Source: the human T2T-CHM13v2.0 reference genome, Homo sapiens. From it: a DNA stretch of 64,000 nucleotides. Positions 37,466 to 51,180 of this stretch are shown one piece after another; position 1 is the stretch's first letter, and each line of letters begins with the position of its first letter. A model generated the notes under the pieces. That model searched no databases and was not told where the DNA came from. It saw only the letters and a list, made by a program, of their open reading frames with translations. The stretch lies in NCBI RefSeq assembly GCF_009914755.1, contig NC_060933.1. One strand, 5' to 3'. Both the position numbers and the translations under genes were made by a program.

Positions 37466-38867
37466 AAGGTTTTTGACTTATTAGCCATATGTCAGAAAGA
37501 CCTCGTGCAATGGGAAGAAAGCAAAGCTTATACAATGGTGAGAAACCCTCACCGTTGGGATCTATTCTTGGTCAAGACGGGATGGGAGCTCTGTGTACAA
37601 ATTTGATCCAGGTATATACGTTATTGGGGTGAAAAAATCTCCAACGAGCCAACAAAAACCCAAAGTGAATTAAATAAATGGATGCCCCACTAATTTCAAA
37701 GCTATTCCGGGTTCTTTGTATGGCTAAGGATGGGAACAGAGAGCGAGTGACTCTTGCTATTTTGAATGTGCGAGTGTGGGCCTGAAAACCAATTTAGACT
37801 CAGGGGTGCTGCTAGGGGAGGGAGGTAGTTGGCGGTGCCACTGCTTTATATGAAACAATAAATAGACATTTGGGGGTTGTGCTAGGGCAGCTGAGAAGAA
37901 AGAGGAGAATGACTAACGTGGTGGAGAGTCATGGCCTGGGAGAGATATCTCTGGTGGAGAACAGCCCATTGGTGTTGAGAGACAGTTGATCCTTTTCTAT
38001 GAAGCAGACACATTCTGCTCTCTCACCTCTCAAATCTAGAGCTGTGCTTTAGAGAAACAAAACTAGCAGGACAGTTGCCATACAGTAGCAAGGAGTAATC
38101 TTAAGAGGGGGCTAGGCTTTGCTGTGGCCTGATTTGGGAGCAGATGTGAAACAAATCACCTTAACACTATAGACACTAGAGAAGGAACAGCAGCCACCTG
38201 GAGTAAACCTATCTTATCCACTTTCAACTTCAGAGATGTTTGAAATGAATGCAACTCAAAGTTTTAAGTATTAACCAGAAGTGGCTCAAGAGGTAGTTCT
38301 TTCCGTGATAGTGCTTTCAGAAGTCTACTTCCAAATCAGAACCAAAAAATGGACGGGGGTGGTATTTTTCAGTTTTACTAGCTCTGGTTTGCCTGCACAG
38401 GGCTCTAACCGGTGCTGAGAAGCATCCCAAGGGCACAGCCAGGGTCCTCCAGGCCTTCTGGAGGGCAGGAGTGGCCTGGGCCTAGAGCCTACTCCTCTTT
38501 CCATCACCATGGGGAAACTGCATCCTTCTGTAACCATACTGCTCTGACCAGACACGATTACTTTAGAATTGGAAATATATAGGCTCTTTTCCATTTATTT
38601 TTTTACAGCTTTTCTGTCTCCATAAAAATAAAAATATTTCTTGTAGAAAACTCACAAAAAGACAAAGAGAATAAAATAAAAATATTCCAACACCTTATTA
38701 TAGTATTTAGAGATAATCACTTTTAGCATTTTGGTGTCTATCTTGCCTATGTATAGATAGAAGTTATATCTACTTTTTGTAAAAAATTAGAATCACATGG
38801 TATATCTTAATGCATAACTTTGTTTTTATACCTTATCATCGCTGATTTTCACTTAAAAAAATTTTTA

Positions 38868-39160
38868 GGCCAGGCGTGATGGCTCACGCTTGTAATCCCA
38901 GCCCTTTCAGAGGCCGAGGTGGGCGGATCATCTGACGTCAGGAGTTCGAGACCAGCCTGGTCAACATGGTGAAACCCCATTTCTACTAAAAATACAAAAA
39001 TCAGTGGGGCGTGGTGGCACATGCCTGTAATTCCAGCTATGTGGGAGGCTGAGGCAGAAGAATCTGTTGAATCTGAGAGGCGGAAGTTGTAGTGAGCCGA
39101 GATTGCACCACTGCATTCCACCCTGGGCAACAAAGTAAGACTCCATCTCAAGAAAAAAAA
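38868..39160 (+). mobile_element. AluSx-like
   Basis: Full dimer, A tail, A/T-rich TSD aaaaaatttt. Confidence 0.95.
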
Positions 39161-39879
39161 AATTTTAAAGATTGACTTTTAAGACTTCAGTTTATACACT
39201 GTATAACATTTTATTAATGGTATTTGACATCTGCAAATAGAGCTATTAGGTTAAAAAAAAGTGGAGCATTTATTTACCCTTTAAAAATAGGTACACACAC
39301 ATAAACATACTAGTCAATATCTTCTGGACCTCAGAAATTCTCTCTAGCTTAAGAACTAGAAAGGACCACTTCTTAAAACAAGAATTTCTCAGCAGTTTTA
39401 TCTCCAGATTGGCCTTTATAGGGTGTGAACACGTTAGAATTTGATTCATAGGAACATTTACATTGACCTTTTGCTAAGTTTGCTTTGGAAATGCACAAGA
39501 TATGATGGATCTTAGCATTAGTAAACGCTTTTAATAAAAAATAAATTCCATTTCTCCTGGGGATAAGAGGTCATATTCTTTATTTGAACAATGTTAGGTA
39601 GCTATAAGTAAATCACACAGAAATCACTGATTAAAAAAGAACTTAAATCCCCTTCCCACTCTTTGAATGTGCCAGTCCACATTAAGAGACTCCCTCCCTC
39701 TCGGATGAAAGGCTGATGTGAGACAGTCACAATCTATTCTCTGTTGAAAAATACTCACTTTTCTATAGTGACACACGTGTTGTAAAACACTGTCAAACAT
39801 ACCAGATTACTGGATTCTTAGAAAAACCCCGTGAGTTGGGCAGGCCCAGGGTTAATATTGCATTTTATAGAGGGGTTTG

Positions 39880-40397
39880 GCATGTCAACTTCTCAGATTG
39901 TCCCCCCAGGGATGCCCACTTTTTGGCATTTATGTCCTTGTGTAATTCTGTCCCCTTGAGTGTGGGCTGGGCCTAGGGACTTATACCTAATGAAGAGAAT
40001 ATAGCAAAGGTGATTGGATGTCCCTTTGATGATTAGATTAGAAAAGACTGCGCTTTGTATCGCAGAAGCAGATTCTCTTCATTGCTTCTCAGCTTGCATT
40101 CTTGCAGGAAGCAAGCTACCATGTTGGGGAGGCCCGCATGACAAGGAACTGAATGCTACCAACAACCATATGAGCATAGAAGTGGATCCTTCTCCAGTGA
40201 AACCTTGAGATGACTACAGCCCAGCCAAGTACTTGATTACAGCTTGTGGGAGACTCTGAAGTACAGAAGCCATCTAAGTCCTGTCTAGATTCATGACCCA
40301 AAGAAACTACACGATAATAAATGTTTATTGTTTAGTAAACATTTAACAAATGTGTAAATTTGTGGCAATTTGTTTTGCAGCAATAGATAAGTAATAC
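39880..40397 (+). mobile_element. MLT1E-like MaLR LTR inserted in a MIR
   Basis: ccttgtgtaat..ccccttgagtgtgggctgg; end gcagcaatagataa.taatac; MIR core resumes with ..aaactgaggcagag. Confidence 0.75.
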
Positions 40398-40429
40398 CAG
40401 AGGTAAACTGAGGCAGAGTGTAACCTATC

Positions 40430-41392
40430 TGTGGAAATATTAAAACACGGTAAAAAATTCTTTGACACTCTTGCCATCCAGGAGTGAGTTCTATGTCCCC
40501 TTTATTTGCATCTGGGCAGGCATTTTATTGCTTTCATCAATAGGTTATCCTGGAAGTGATGCTATGTGACTTCCAAGGCTGAGTTGTAGAAGACCATTCA
40601 GCTTCTACCTTGATTAAAATACTCACTTTTGGGCTAGGCATACTGGCTTTTGCCTGTAATCCCAGCACTTTGGGAGGCCAAGGCAGGAGGATTGTTTGAG
40701 TGCAGGAGTTTGAGACCAGCCTGGGCAATGCAATGAGACCTCATCTCTACAAAAAATAATAATAACAAAAAATTACCTGGGTGTGGTGGTGTGCGCCTGT
40801 GGTCCCAGCATCTTAGGAGGCTGAAATGGGAGGATCACTTGAGCCTGGGAGGTTGAAGTTGCAGTGAGCCATGATTGTGCCTGGGTGACAGAGCAAGACT
40901 TTGTCAAAAAAAACAAAAAATGAAAGAGAGAGAGAGAAGGGAAAAAGAGGAAAGAAGAAAGAGAGGGAGGGAGGGAAGAAGGAGGGGAGGAAGGAAGGAA
41001 GGAAGGAAGAAAGAAAGGAAGGAAGGAAAGAAATAGTACTCACTTTTGAAGCCCTGAGCTGCCGTGTAGAAAGTCCAGTTATCCTGAGGCTGCCATGCCA
41101 TAAAGAAGCCCACGCCATTGAGGAACCAGTACACAGCCCAGGGTTCTCACAGTTGAGCCCCAGCCCAGGTAGCCAACAAGTAAGTGAAGAAGCCTCTAGA
41201 TGATTCCAGTCCCAGCTATTTAAGTTTTCCCAACCAAGACCTCAGATATTCTGAAGCAGAGACAAGCCATGCCTACAGTGAACTATTTGAATTCCTAACC
41301 ATGGGATTTCTGAGCATAATGAGATGGTTGTTGTTTTACTTTACTGATTTTGGGGGTAGTTTTTACACTGGAGCAGGCAGCCGGATCACTGC
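40430..41392 (+). mobile_element. MLT1G/H-like MaLR LTR interrupted by AluJ
   Basis: aaattctttgacactc..ccatc..ctatgtcccct start; gcagagacaagccat..gaattcct.acc motif. Confidence 0.7.
40632..41036 (+). mobile_element. AluJ whose tail became a ~110-bp (GA)/(GGAA) purine tract
   Basis: TSD tactcacttttg 40620-40631 / 41037-41048 encloses the tract. Confidence 0.93.
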
Positions 41393-41514
41393 CTAATGTC
41401 AGGCAGCTTGTACGTAGAATTGGAGCTTAGATCCAGGTTCTCTTCAGCATTCTTTCCAGCACACCAGATGTTGCCTTTATGTTTCTTTCCACTTGTTATG
41501 AGAGAATCTCTACT

Positions 41515-41695
41515 ACAGCAGTGATCAACGTTGGCAGCATATTGGAATCACCTGGAAAGCATTAAAAATACTAATGTCTGGGTCCTGTCCCCAGAGAACC
41601 TGACTATTTGATCTGGGGTAGAGCCTAAACACCTGATTTTTATAAAACTTCCTAGGTAGTGCTAACATACAGCTACGTTTGAGAACCACAGCCCT
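41515..41695. mobile_element. MER5-type hAT MITE
   Basis: gcatattggaatcacctgg..ccccagaga..tttgagaaccac. Confidence 0.75.
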
Positions 41696-42070
41696 ATAAC
41701 ATGCTAAGCAATGCAAATGATCATACCTGGCAATATTAAATCAATTCTCAATAGTCCATCCTAATGGAATAAAGCAGAGGCACATAGATTCCAAAAGAGC
41801 AGCTTATTTTGAAATCATGGTTCTATTATATACAGATTATGTGGGAGTGTGTGTGCACAAATGTGCATGTGAGCACCACTGTGTGTCTTTTGGAGGCTGA
41901 GGTTAGTTTTCTAATATGTGTATTCCAGGCAGTGTGCTAAGCACCAGGGGTTACCATAGCGCTAAAGCCTAATATGTTTACACTACAGGAACTTACCTTC
42001 CAATAACAAGAGAAATAAGAGAGCCTTGGAATTTAAGATGTCCTAGACTGTGGAAGTATTATTATTCCAC

Positions 42071-42435
42071 TGCTCTAGATTGAATGTTTGTGTTCCCCTA
42101 AATTCACAAGTAAGGCCTAATCCCTAGTGGGATAGTATTAGGAGATGAGGCCTTTGGGAAGTGATTACATGAAGAGTGGAGCCCTCATGAATGGGATTAG
42201 TGCCCTTACAAAAGAGACACCAGAGAGAGCCCTTGCCCCTTCCACCATGTGAGGACACAGCAAAAACGTGGCCATCTATGAACCAGGAAGAGGGCCCTCA
42301 CCAGACACTGAGTCTGCCACCACCTTGATGTTGGACTTCTCAGCCTCTAAAACTGTAAGAAATAAATTTATGTTGTTTATAAGCTATGAGTCTATGGGAT
42401 TTTTTTTTTTATAGCAGCCAGAATGAACTAAGACA
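42071..42435 (+). mobile_element. MLT1A0-like MaLR solo LTR
   Basis: tgaatgtttgtgt.ccc start; gccctcatgaatgggattagtgccct; ..actaagaca end. Confidence 0.85.
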
Positions 42436-42615
42436 CCTACTTAATAGGAATCATCACATACGGCAATTGTAGCAAGTAGAAAACCATGAGGTCATGTTGA
42501 AACAACAGTGCTGAGCATTGGTTAATCTCACTGATTACCTAAATGATTTGATTCTGGATGCCAGGCTCATAACTCTCAAAAGTCAAAATTGTGTGTCAGA
42601 TAAAATGATAAATAG

Positions 42616-42936
<321 letters not shown>

Positions 42937-43095
42937 TAGAACCACAAATATTAACATTCTTGAATACTGAGGGTCTACTAAATCCTGTGAACTATAATTC
43001 AATGTGTAATTTAGCAGTATGCTCTCAGAGAAGGGACACTTGCTTTTTTTTTTGTGATTTGTTTTAAACAAGAAGTTTTAAAAAACATGACTTAA

Positions 43096-43470
<375 letters not shown>

Positions 43471-45552
43471 TTACTCTACATGAAAGCTGCATATTAAAAA
43501 GCTATAAAATTGTTCATATTTTCAGAGATAAAAGAAAATCATTGAAATTTTGTAATCAAACAACGTAAACTGTCAAGCAATGGGAGAAAATGACTTACTG
43601 TACTTAGTGGTTGAACAAATATGCTTTGAGGGGAGAAAGGTGGTATTATCACAGAAACTCAATCTCAATTTGATTAAGTCACAGAATGACCATATAGAGT
43701 ATACATATATGTATGTGTGTAAGTACACAAGTGTATGTGTGTGTGTGGCCATTTCTAAGCTCATATATTTATGTACCATGAAGAAATAGGAAGGAGAAAA
43801 TTCTCCTGCATTAGCTGAGATATGGCCCAACTAGATCATGGTGTCTAATTGTAAGTGGACTGCTGTTCATGGAAACATGGTCCTAAGATAAACAGCAGGA
43901 TCTTCTTTTAGTGGATGCCACCTGTGTGCCAATGGAACACATTGGTTCTATCTTCACCTCCCGCTTCCAAGTCTGCAAGCCTCTGTGTTTCATTGACTAG
44001 CTGCCCATTAAATCATAGTTTGTCATTTACTACATGCTTTCCCTAGGTGTTAGCCTTAAATTGTGGCCAAGAATCATTCTACTTTACCAACTTTAAACTT
44101 TGACATCTTTAAGCATTTAAGAAAAATGCAATTATTTCTCATTTCCAACTTCAGAAGGACTGTTCAAGTTCACAATGGTGAAATGGGAAGCCATGAATCT
44201 CACCCTACTGCTTGAGCAAGCCTTCACAGAAAATATACTTTTTGAGCTGGTCCTCGAGGAAGCCCGCTGGAAACTATCAGAATTTTCTAAAACACACAGT
44301 GCAAAGCTTTAAGAAAGTTTGTATCATAGTTAGGGAATTAAGTAAAACTGGTAAAAATTAAATCCCATTACAAGACAACTATATATGTCAAAAATGCTTA
44401 CATATTTGGCAAGTGCTTGGTATACGTAACTTATGCTATGAATTTGGAAAAGAGAGATACCTCCATCAGATGGAGTGGAGTTGAAGCACACAGACTCTAG
44501 CAGAACGTTGAACTTTGTGGAAACTTACAGGGGAAGAGGAACTGCAGTAGAAGTAAAGAAAAAACAAGGTCTAAGAGCACAATACACCCCTGACAGAGCG
44601 GAAGAATCATTCAAAAGAGTGGGGATGGCTTGATATCACCACCTTGGAGTAGATTCATAGAACTTAACAAGCTATACAATTTGCTAATCCATAACCATCT
44701 ACTCCAAAGTCAATGGCAGTATTCTGCTTTTTGGAGGCTGCCACTTTCATTTCTATTCATCAGTTCCTCTTCCGTTAATTTGCCTTACAGCTGCATTTCC
44801 ACAAGAAAGGGGGTTTGTGAGCATCAGGCAGGAAAAAAGAGAGAGAACTGGCTGGTTATTGCTGCTAATGACTCATTGTCTTGCTGTTAAGCAGAAAAGA
44901 GATGCCCTGATCTGTTCATGCCTTTCAGCTTTCTATCTACGCTAAATTCGTTTCCTATTTTTCTAGGCAATTTCTTTGACAGCTGTGCAGCAGTCAAATT
45001 AAGAGGGATATTGTTGTGATAATTAAATGCTTTTTGGTTCCTATTGCTCCTTATTGCACCTCCTTCTGTGGCAGTACACAGTGCGGAAGGTGGAATTGCT
45101 CTGGAAGCTGGAATTAGTCTGCTTTCCATGAGAAGTGAGAACAAGCTTCATAAAAATCATTTGTGAAGCAAGTGAAACTTAAATACACACATATATACAT
45201 AAGCCACAAATAATTAAATACATGAAAAATTTGGAAGAGGTGTTGGGGAGCAGGATAAAGCAACAAATTTGATTTTATTTTCAGTTTGCAGGGACCTTAA
45301 TCTCTAAAAGTTTTTTTTACCTCCCTTACAGGTCCTGATGTTCTGGTTTGGAAAAGAAATGTGTGGTCAATGGAATCCACAGACATGTGCTTAGGGCTGG
45401 TTCAGATAACCTGCTCTGCAGATCTTTATGGGATGACAGGGACCATTGCTTTGATGTATCATTGATTAATAAAAGAAAGCTGCAGAGCAACAAGTGTAGT
45501 ATGACCATTTAAAAACGATTAAAAACAAAACTATATGTATGTATGTATCTGC

Positions 45553-45596
<44 letters not shown>
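45553..45596. repeat. (CTAT)11 GATA-type tetranucleotide STR
   Basis: Read directly; preceded by (TATG)n. Confidence 0.97.
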
Positions 45597-45854
45597 GTAG
45601 CAAGCATAGCAAAATCTGGAAGAATGCCACCTAATTGCTAATAGTGGTTAAAACGGGAGAGAATTTGGTAAGGATGGGATGGAGACAATGAGGAAGGATG
45701 ACATATTTTATTTTACATATTTCTGTTTTGTCTGAATTGTTTGCAATTCATTACCTTTGAAATTTAAAGATGGCTCCTAAAGATAATAAGTAAATAAATC
45801 ATCAGTTAGCATCTAAAATACAAAAGTGAATTGCTTTAAATGACAGCATAATGA

Positions 45855-46150
45855 TTTTTTTTTTTTTTTAGACAGAGTCTTCCTTAGTTGCCCAGGCTGG
45901 AATGCAGTGGCGCAATCTCGGCTCACTGCAACCTCTGCCTCCCAGGTTCAAGCGATTCTCCCGCCTCAGCCTCCTAAGTAGCTGGGATTACAGGTGCGCA
46001 CAACCACAGCCCAGCTAATTTTTGTATTTTTAGTAGAGACCGGGTTTCACCATATTGGTCAGGCTGGTCTTGAACTCCCGACCTCAGGTGATGCACCTGC
46101 CTTGGGCTTCCCAAAGTGCTGGGAGTACAGGCGTGAGCCACTGCACCCAG
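45855..46150 (-). mobile_element. AluS
   Basis: Poly-T plus reverse-complement dimer; TSD tgattttttt. Confidence 0.95.
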
Positions 46151-46404
46151 TGATTTTTTTTATCATGATAAATTAACTGCCTTGATCTCACTATGATGTG
46201 TTTATAAAAGCTTATGAGGAAAAAATTACAAATGTGTGTGGTCGTAACAATAATTTCAATGGCAAATGTCTTGTTTATTGGAAATGACTTGGAAAGAATA
46301 GGAGATAAACTATGAAGATGATGGTGTGCACAATAAAAGACTTGGGATATAACTGTAATATTATCGCAAATGTGCATCTGAGGTGATTAAAAACAAAAAC
46401 AACT

Positions 46405-46630
46405 GGCTGGGCACAGTGGCTCATGCCTGTAATCACAGCAATTTGGAAGGCTGAAGTGGGAGGACGGTTTAAGCCCAGGAATTCAAGACCAGCCTGGCAA
46501 CATAAGGAGACCTTGTTTCTATAAAAAAGAAAAAACAATTAGCTGGGCATAGTGATATGTGCCTCACTCTGGGTGACAGAGTGAGACCCTGTCTCAAAAG
46601 AAATTAAAACAACAACAACAACAAAAAAAA
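46405..46630 (+). mobile_element. AluJ with internal right-arm deletion
   Basis: Left arm intact; right arm jumps from gtgcct to ..ctgggtgacagagtgagaccctgtctc. Confidence 0.88.
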
Positions 46631-46704
46631 CTGCCTGCTTGACTGGATATTGGGTGCATTGCTTCAAAATGTAAATTCAATTTAGCAGACATTTGTGATT
46701 GCCT

Positions 46705-47427
<723 letters not shown>

Positions 47428-47519
47428 TCTACCACACCACTTGCAAGTTATGGAGTTGGCGAAGGGTTATAGAAATAAACAAGGTAAGGCTGGATTCTGT
47501 CCCCTAGAGAAGCATAGGA

Positions 47520-47735
47520 GCACATGTGAGACGAAGAACATGACTCTGGAGCTAGATTGCACTGTGTGACTTTGAGCAAGTTACTTAAATTCTCTGAGCA
47601 TCAATTTCCCATCTCCAAATTGAGGATGATAATAATATGTAGGTATGTTATGAGGATTAAATGCTTACTGTTTACAGAGGACCTAGAACAGTGTCTGACA
47701 CACAGTAAACACAATATAAGTATTTGATTAACAAA
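47520..47735 (+). mobile_element. MIR
   Basis: gactctggagctagat..tgtgactttgagcaagttacttaa..tctctgagc. Confidence 0.75.
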
Positions 47736-48092
47736 TAGATGAAAGCTTTGTACATTGGAAAAAAGGACACGAGGTCAGAAATATGAAGAATAACGTTAAA
47801 TAATTATGACTTGCTGATAATTTTCATGTAATATATCAGATAAGATTACATACTCCCTTCAAAAAATGATAGCACATCTCCTTTAATGTAAAACCAAACT
47901 ATAATGTTACAAAAGAAAATAAAATTAATAATAATATATCAATATTGGTTTATTAATTGTGACAAATATACAGGAAAAAATGTTAGGAGAAATTGGGTGT
48001 GGGGTGTATGAGAACTCTGTACTATCTTTGCAAAAATTAAGTACATTGAAAGATATTCTAAACTAAAATTCTATTTTTTAAAAAAGAATATA

Positions 48093-48370
48093 TGGCTCAT
48101 GACTGTAATCCCAGCACTTTGGGAGGCCAAGGCGGGTGGATCACAAGGTCAGGAGATCTAGACCATCCTGGCCAACATAGTGAAACCCCGTCTCTAGAAA
48201 AATACAAAAATTAGCTGAGTGAGGTGGAACGCGCCTGTAGTGCCCAGCTACTCGGGAGGCTGAGGCAGGAGAATCGCCTGAAGTGGAGGTTGCAGTGAGC
48301 TGAGATCGCATCACTTCACTCCAGCCTGGCAACAGAGCGAGACTCCCTCTCAAAAAAAAAAAAAAAAAAA
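48093..48370 (+). mobile_element. AluSc-like, slightly 5'-truncated, in the tail of an old L1M 3' end (~47900-48085)
   Basis: ggatcac.aggtcaggagat..agaccatcctggcc; TSD aaaaaagaatat. Confidence 0.92.
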
Positions 48371-50156
48371 AAAAAAGAATATGAATTAAGGAGTAATTAT
48401 TTACTTCACAGAAATGTTGATTGTTAAATGACAGAATTTAAGAGCTGAGTCACAGTAATCTTGAATTCACCTTGTCTATTTTACAGAGGAGTGTTGATTT
48501 AGGCTTGCTTCACACATGGCTAATTTTCAAGATCAAATTCACACAGGAAAACAAGGGGGGCAGAAAGACAAAGCACTAACCTAGAAGGTGAGGTGCATCA
48601 TGTTTCACTCAATGTGGCCGTGGCTCAGGCACATCACAGTAACAGTTCTGGACCTCAGTTTTTCATTGGTTACTTTCACTCTAACATTCTTGATTCTAAA
48701 CTTGATGTGCATCTACATCACAACATAAGGCAGCTCTGGGGAGCAGGCTCTAACTGATGCTTTCTCCAAGCCCCTAGAAGCTATGCATATGCAGTTTGTG
48801 TGCCAATTTCTGAGTGTGTGTGAGGAAATGCCCGGGTGAATCGATGGACAAATAACTAGACAAATATATTTGTTTTAAAGACTCAACATTGAGGACCAAG
48901 TTTTCATAGTGAATACCATTCAGCAAGTCGATTAATCAGATTTGGATAGGAGTAAATGTGGGCAAACCTTGACAATAAAATATTTACTGAAAGTCTGCAA
49001 GGGGAAGATGACATTCTAAATAGGTACATGCTATATGTTATTAACAGATCAAATTTGATTTAGAAAAGGAGAGATCTGGAATTTCCTATAAACGCAAGAA
49101 AGACTATGAACTAACGCAAGAAATTTTGAAGCTGAAGGAAAGAAAGCTTATAAAGAGTTCAAGATAATGGGGCCTGATGCTGGCTGATGTTGAAGAAATG
49201 CTGTTACCAATAGCAGGCAGACCTGGATCTGACAGCCACCTGTTGAGAAAGCCCTGAAGAATAATGGCAGCTATTCAGTCAACAAATTTGGGGAGAAACT
49301 CAATTGCCCCAGAGGCCCTTTTCAATTCTGCTACTAGTTTTCATGAACAAATTGTCATTCTTATTGTAATGCTTACTTTACTGTGAAAGTCATGATATTT
49401 TTCTTCTGTAAAATACTATCCTAACACAGTCAATAATAATTAATGAGTGGTAACCCAGTGATTCATGGGCTATAATTTTTTTTACCAAGTAAATCATAGT
49501 CTCATCTTAGCAAGTTATTAAATGGATAAAAGTCCTTCATATCCTGCAAATCATTTGATTTAAGACTTAATTCATGTTCAATGAAATTTATTTTTTTAAC
49601 TATTTTAAACAGCATTGATTGAGACAAAAGCTCAAGAAAATGGGTAGTTTCTACATTGCTTTGAGATTGATGCTATTTAAAAGATTTGTGCTTGAAATAT
49701 TGAAAACTAATGGCCACCCTAATTGTTCTTCTAAAGCTAAAGCTATTAAATAACCATCTTCAGAAGTATCCCTTGGAGCAGGTTTACTTGTGAGCATAGT
49801 ATTCATGTTCTAGAAGCCAATGATGTTTTTTAGGTGGAACAAAAGGGATTTTCCTCTGCTTACATTTTATCTGGAAATATGTTTCATCAAGCAGACAGCC
49901 AGATGGAAATAGCAAGATTTTTTTTATAGTCAATAAATAACTCTGCTGCTAGAATAACTCAGACTTGACAGCAATCTATGCAACAGTTTATTCTTCTGCT
50001 CTCTCAGGATGTAAACACTGTTGTCAACAACCAATCAGATGCACTAAAGCTACAAATAGCATGTTTAGTTTATATGTATATGCAATCAGCTAAACAAAAT
50101 TTTGAACATCAATGGGACCCATTTCTAATCACTTTGTTCTTGTTCAGGTCCATCAC

Positions 50157-50665
<509 letters not shown>

Positions 50666-50719
50666 TCAAAGGCCATAGGATTTTAAAGAGAGATTTTATC
50701 GTAGATTTTTTGTTTTGTT

Positions 50720-51180
50720 GTGTTCATTTGCCTTCCCATCATTTCCTTCTTTGGGACAAGATTTCCATGAAATTTTGTTGAGGCTCTCAATCACCAATGG
50801 TTACAGTGATGGGCATGATGTCCAGGCCTGATCAATCATGGTGCTATATTGCTTGGATAATAGTGATTGGTCCAAGGGAAAGCATATGATCCTAGCATAG
50901 CTAATCAGTGTTCTTCCCTGAGATTTGATATGTGGATAGAGCTGTGATGATGAAAACGTGGGAAAGCTGGCAGCCACTTTCCCCACTCTAGAGCAATCCT
51001 GCTGCGTAAAATTAGACTGAGAAATTAAAGCCCACTAGAGAAGGGGAGAAAAATAGTCCTGAGAACATTACTTGAGTCCCTGGATTCACCTCTAATGTCC
51101 CAGTATGTGTGCAAATAACCTTTCATTTTTTGCTTAATGTATGTCGAAATGAGTTTCTGTCACTTGCATTCAGTGGAACT
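50720..51180 (+). mobile_element. MLT1J/K-like MaLR LTR
   Basis: gtgattggtccaaggg..gcatatga..; ttctgtcacttgca end motif. Confidence 0.6.

Noticed and set aside
37510-37615. Short open frame MGRKQSLYNGEKPSP.. ending at cag|gtatat as a coding exon
   Set aside because: No recognisable homology, weak donor and no partner exons.
49091-49123. 11-bp direct repeat aacgcaagaaa x2, and other short repeats, as a CRISPR-like array
   Set aside because: Only two units, no repeat-spacer series, eukaryotic context.
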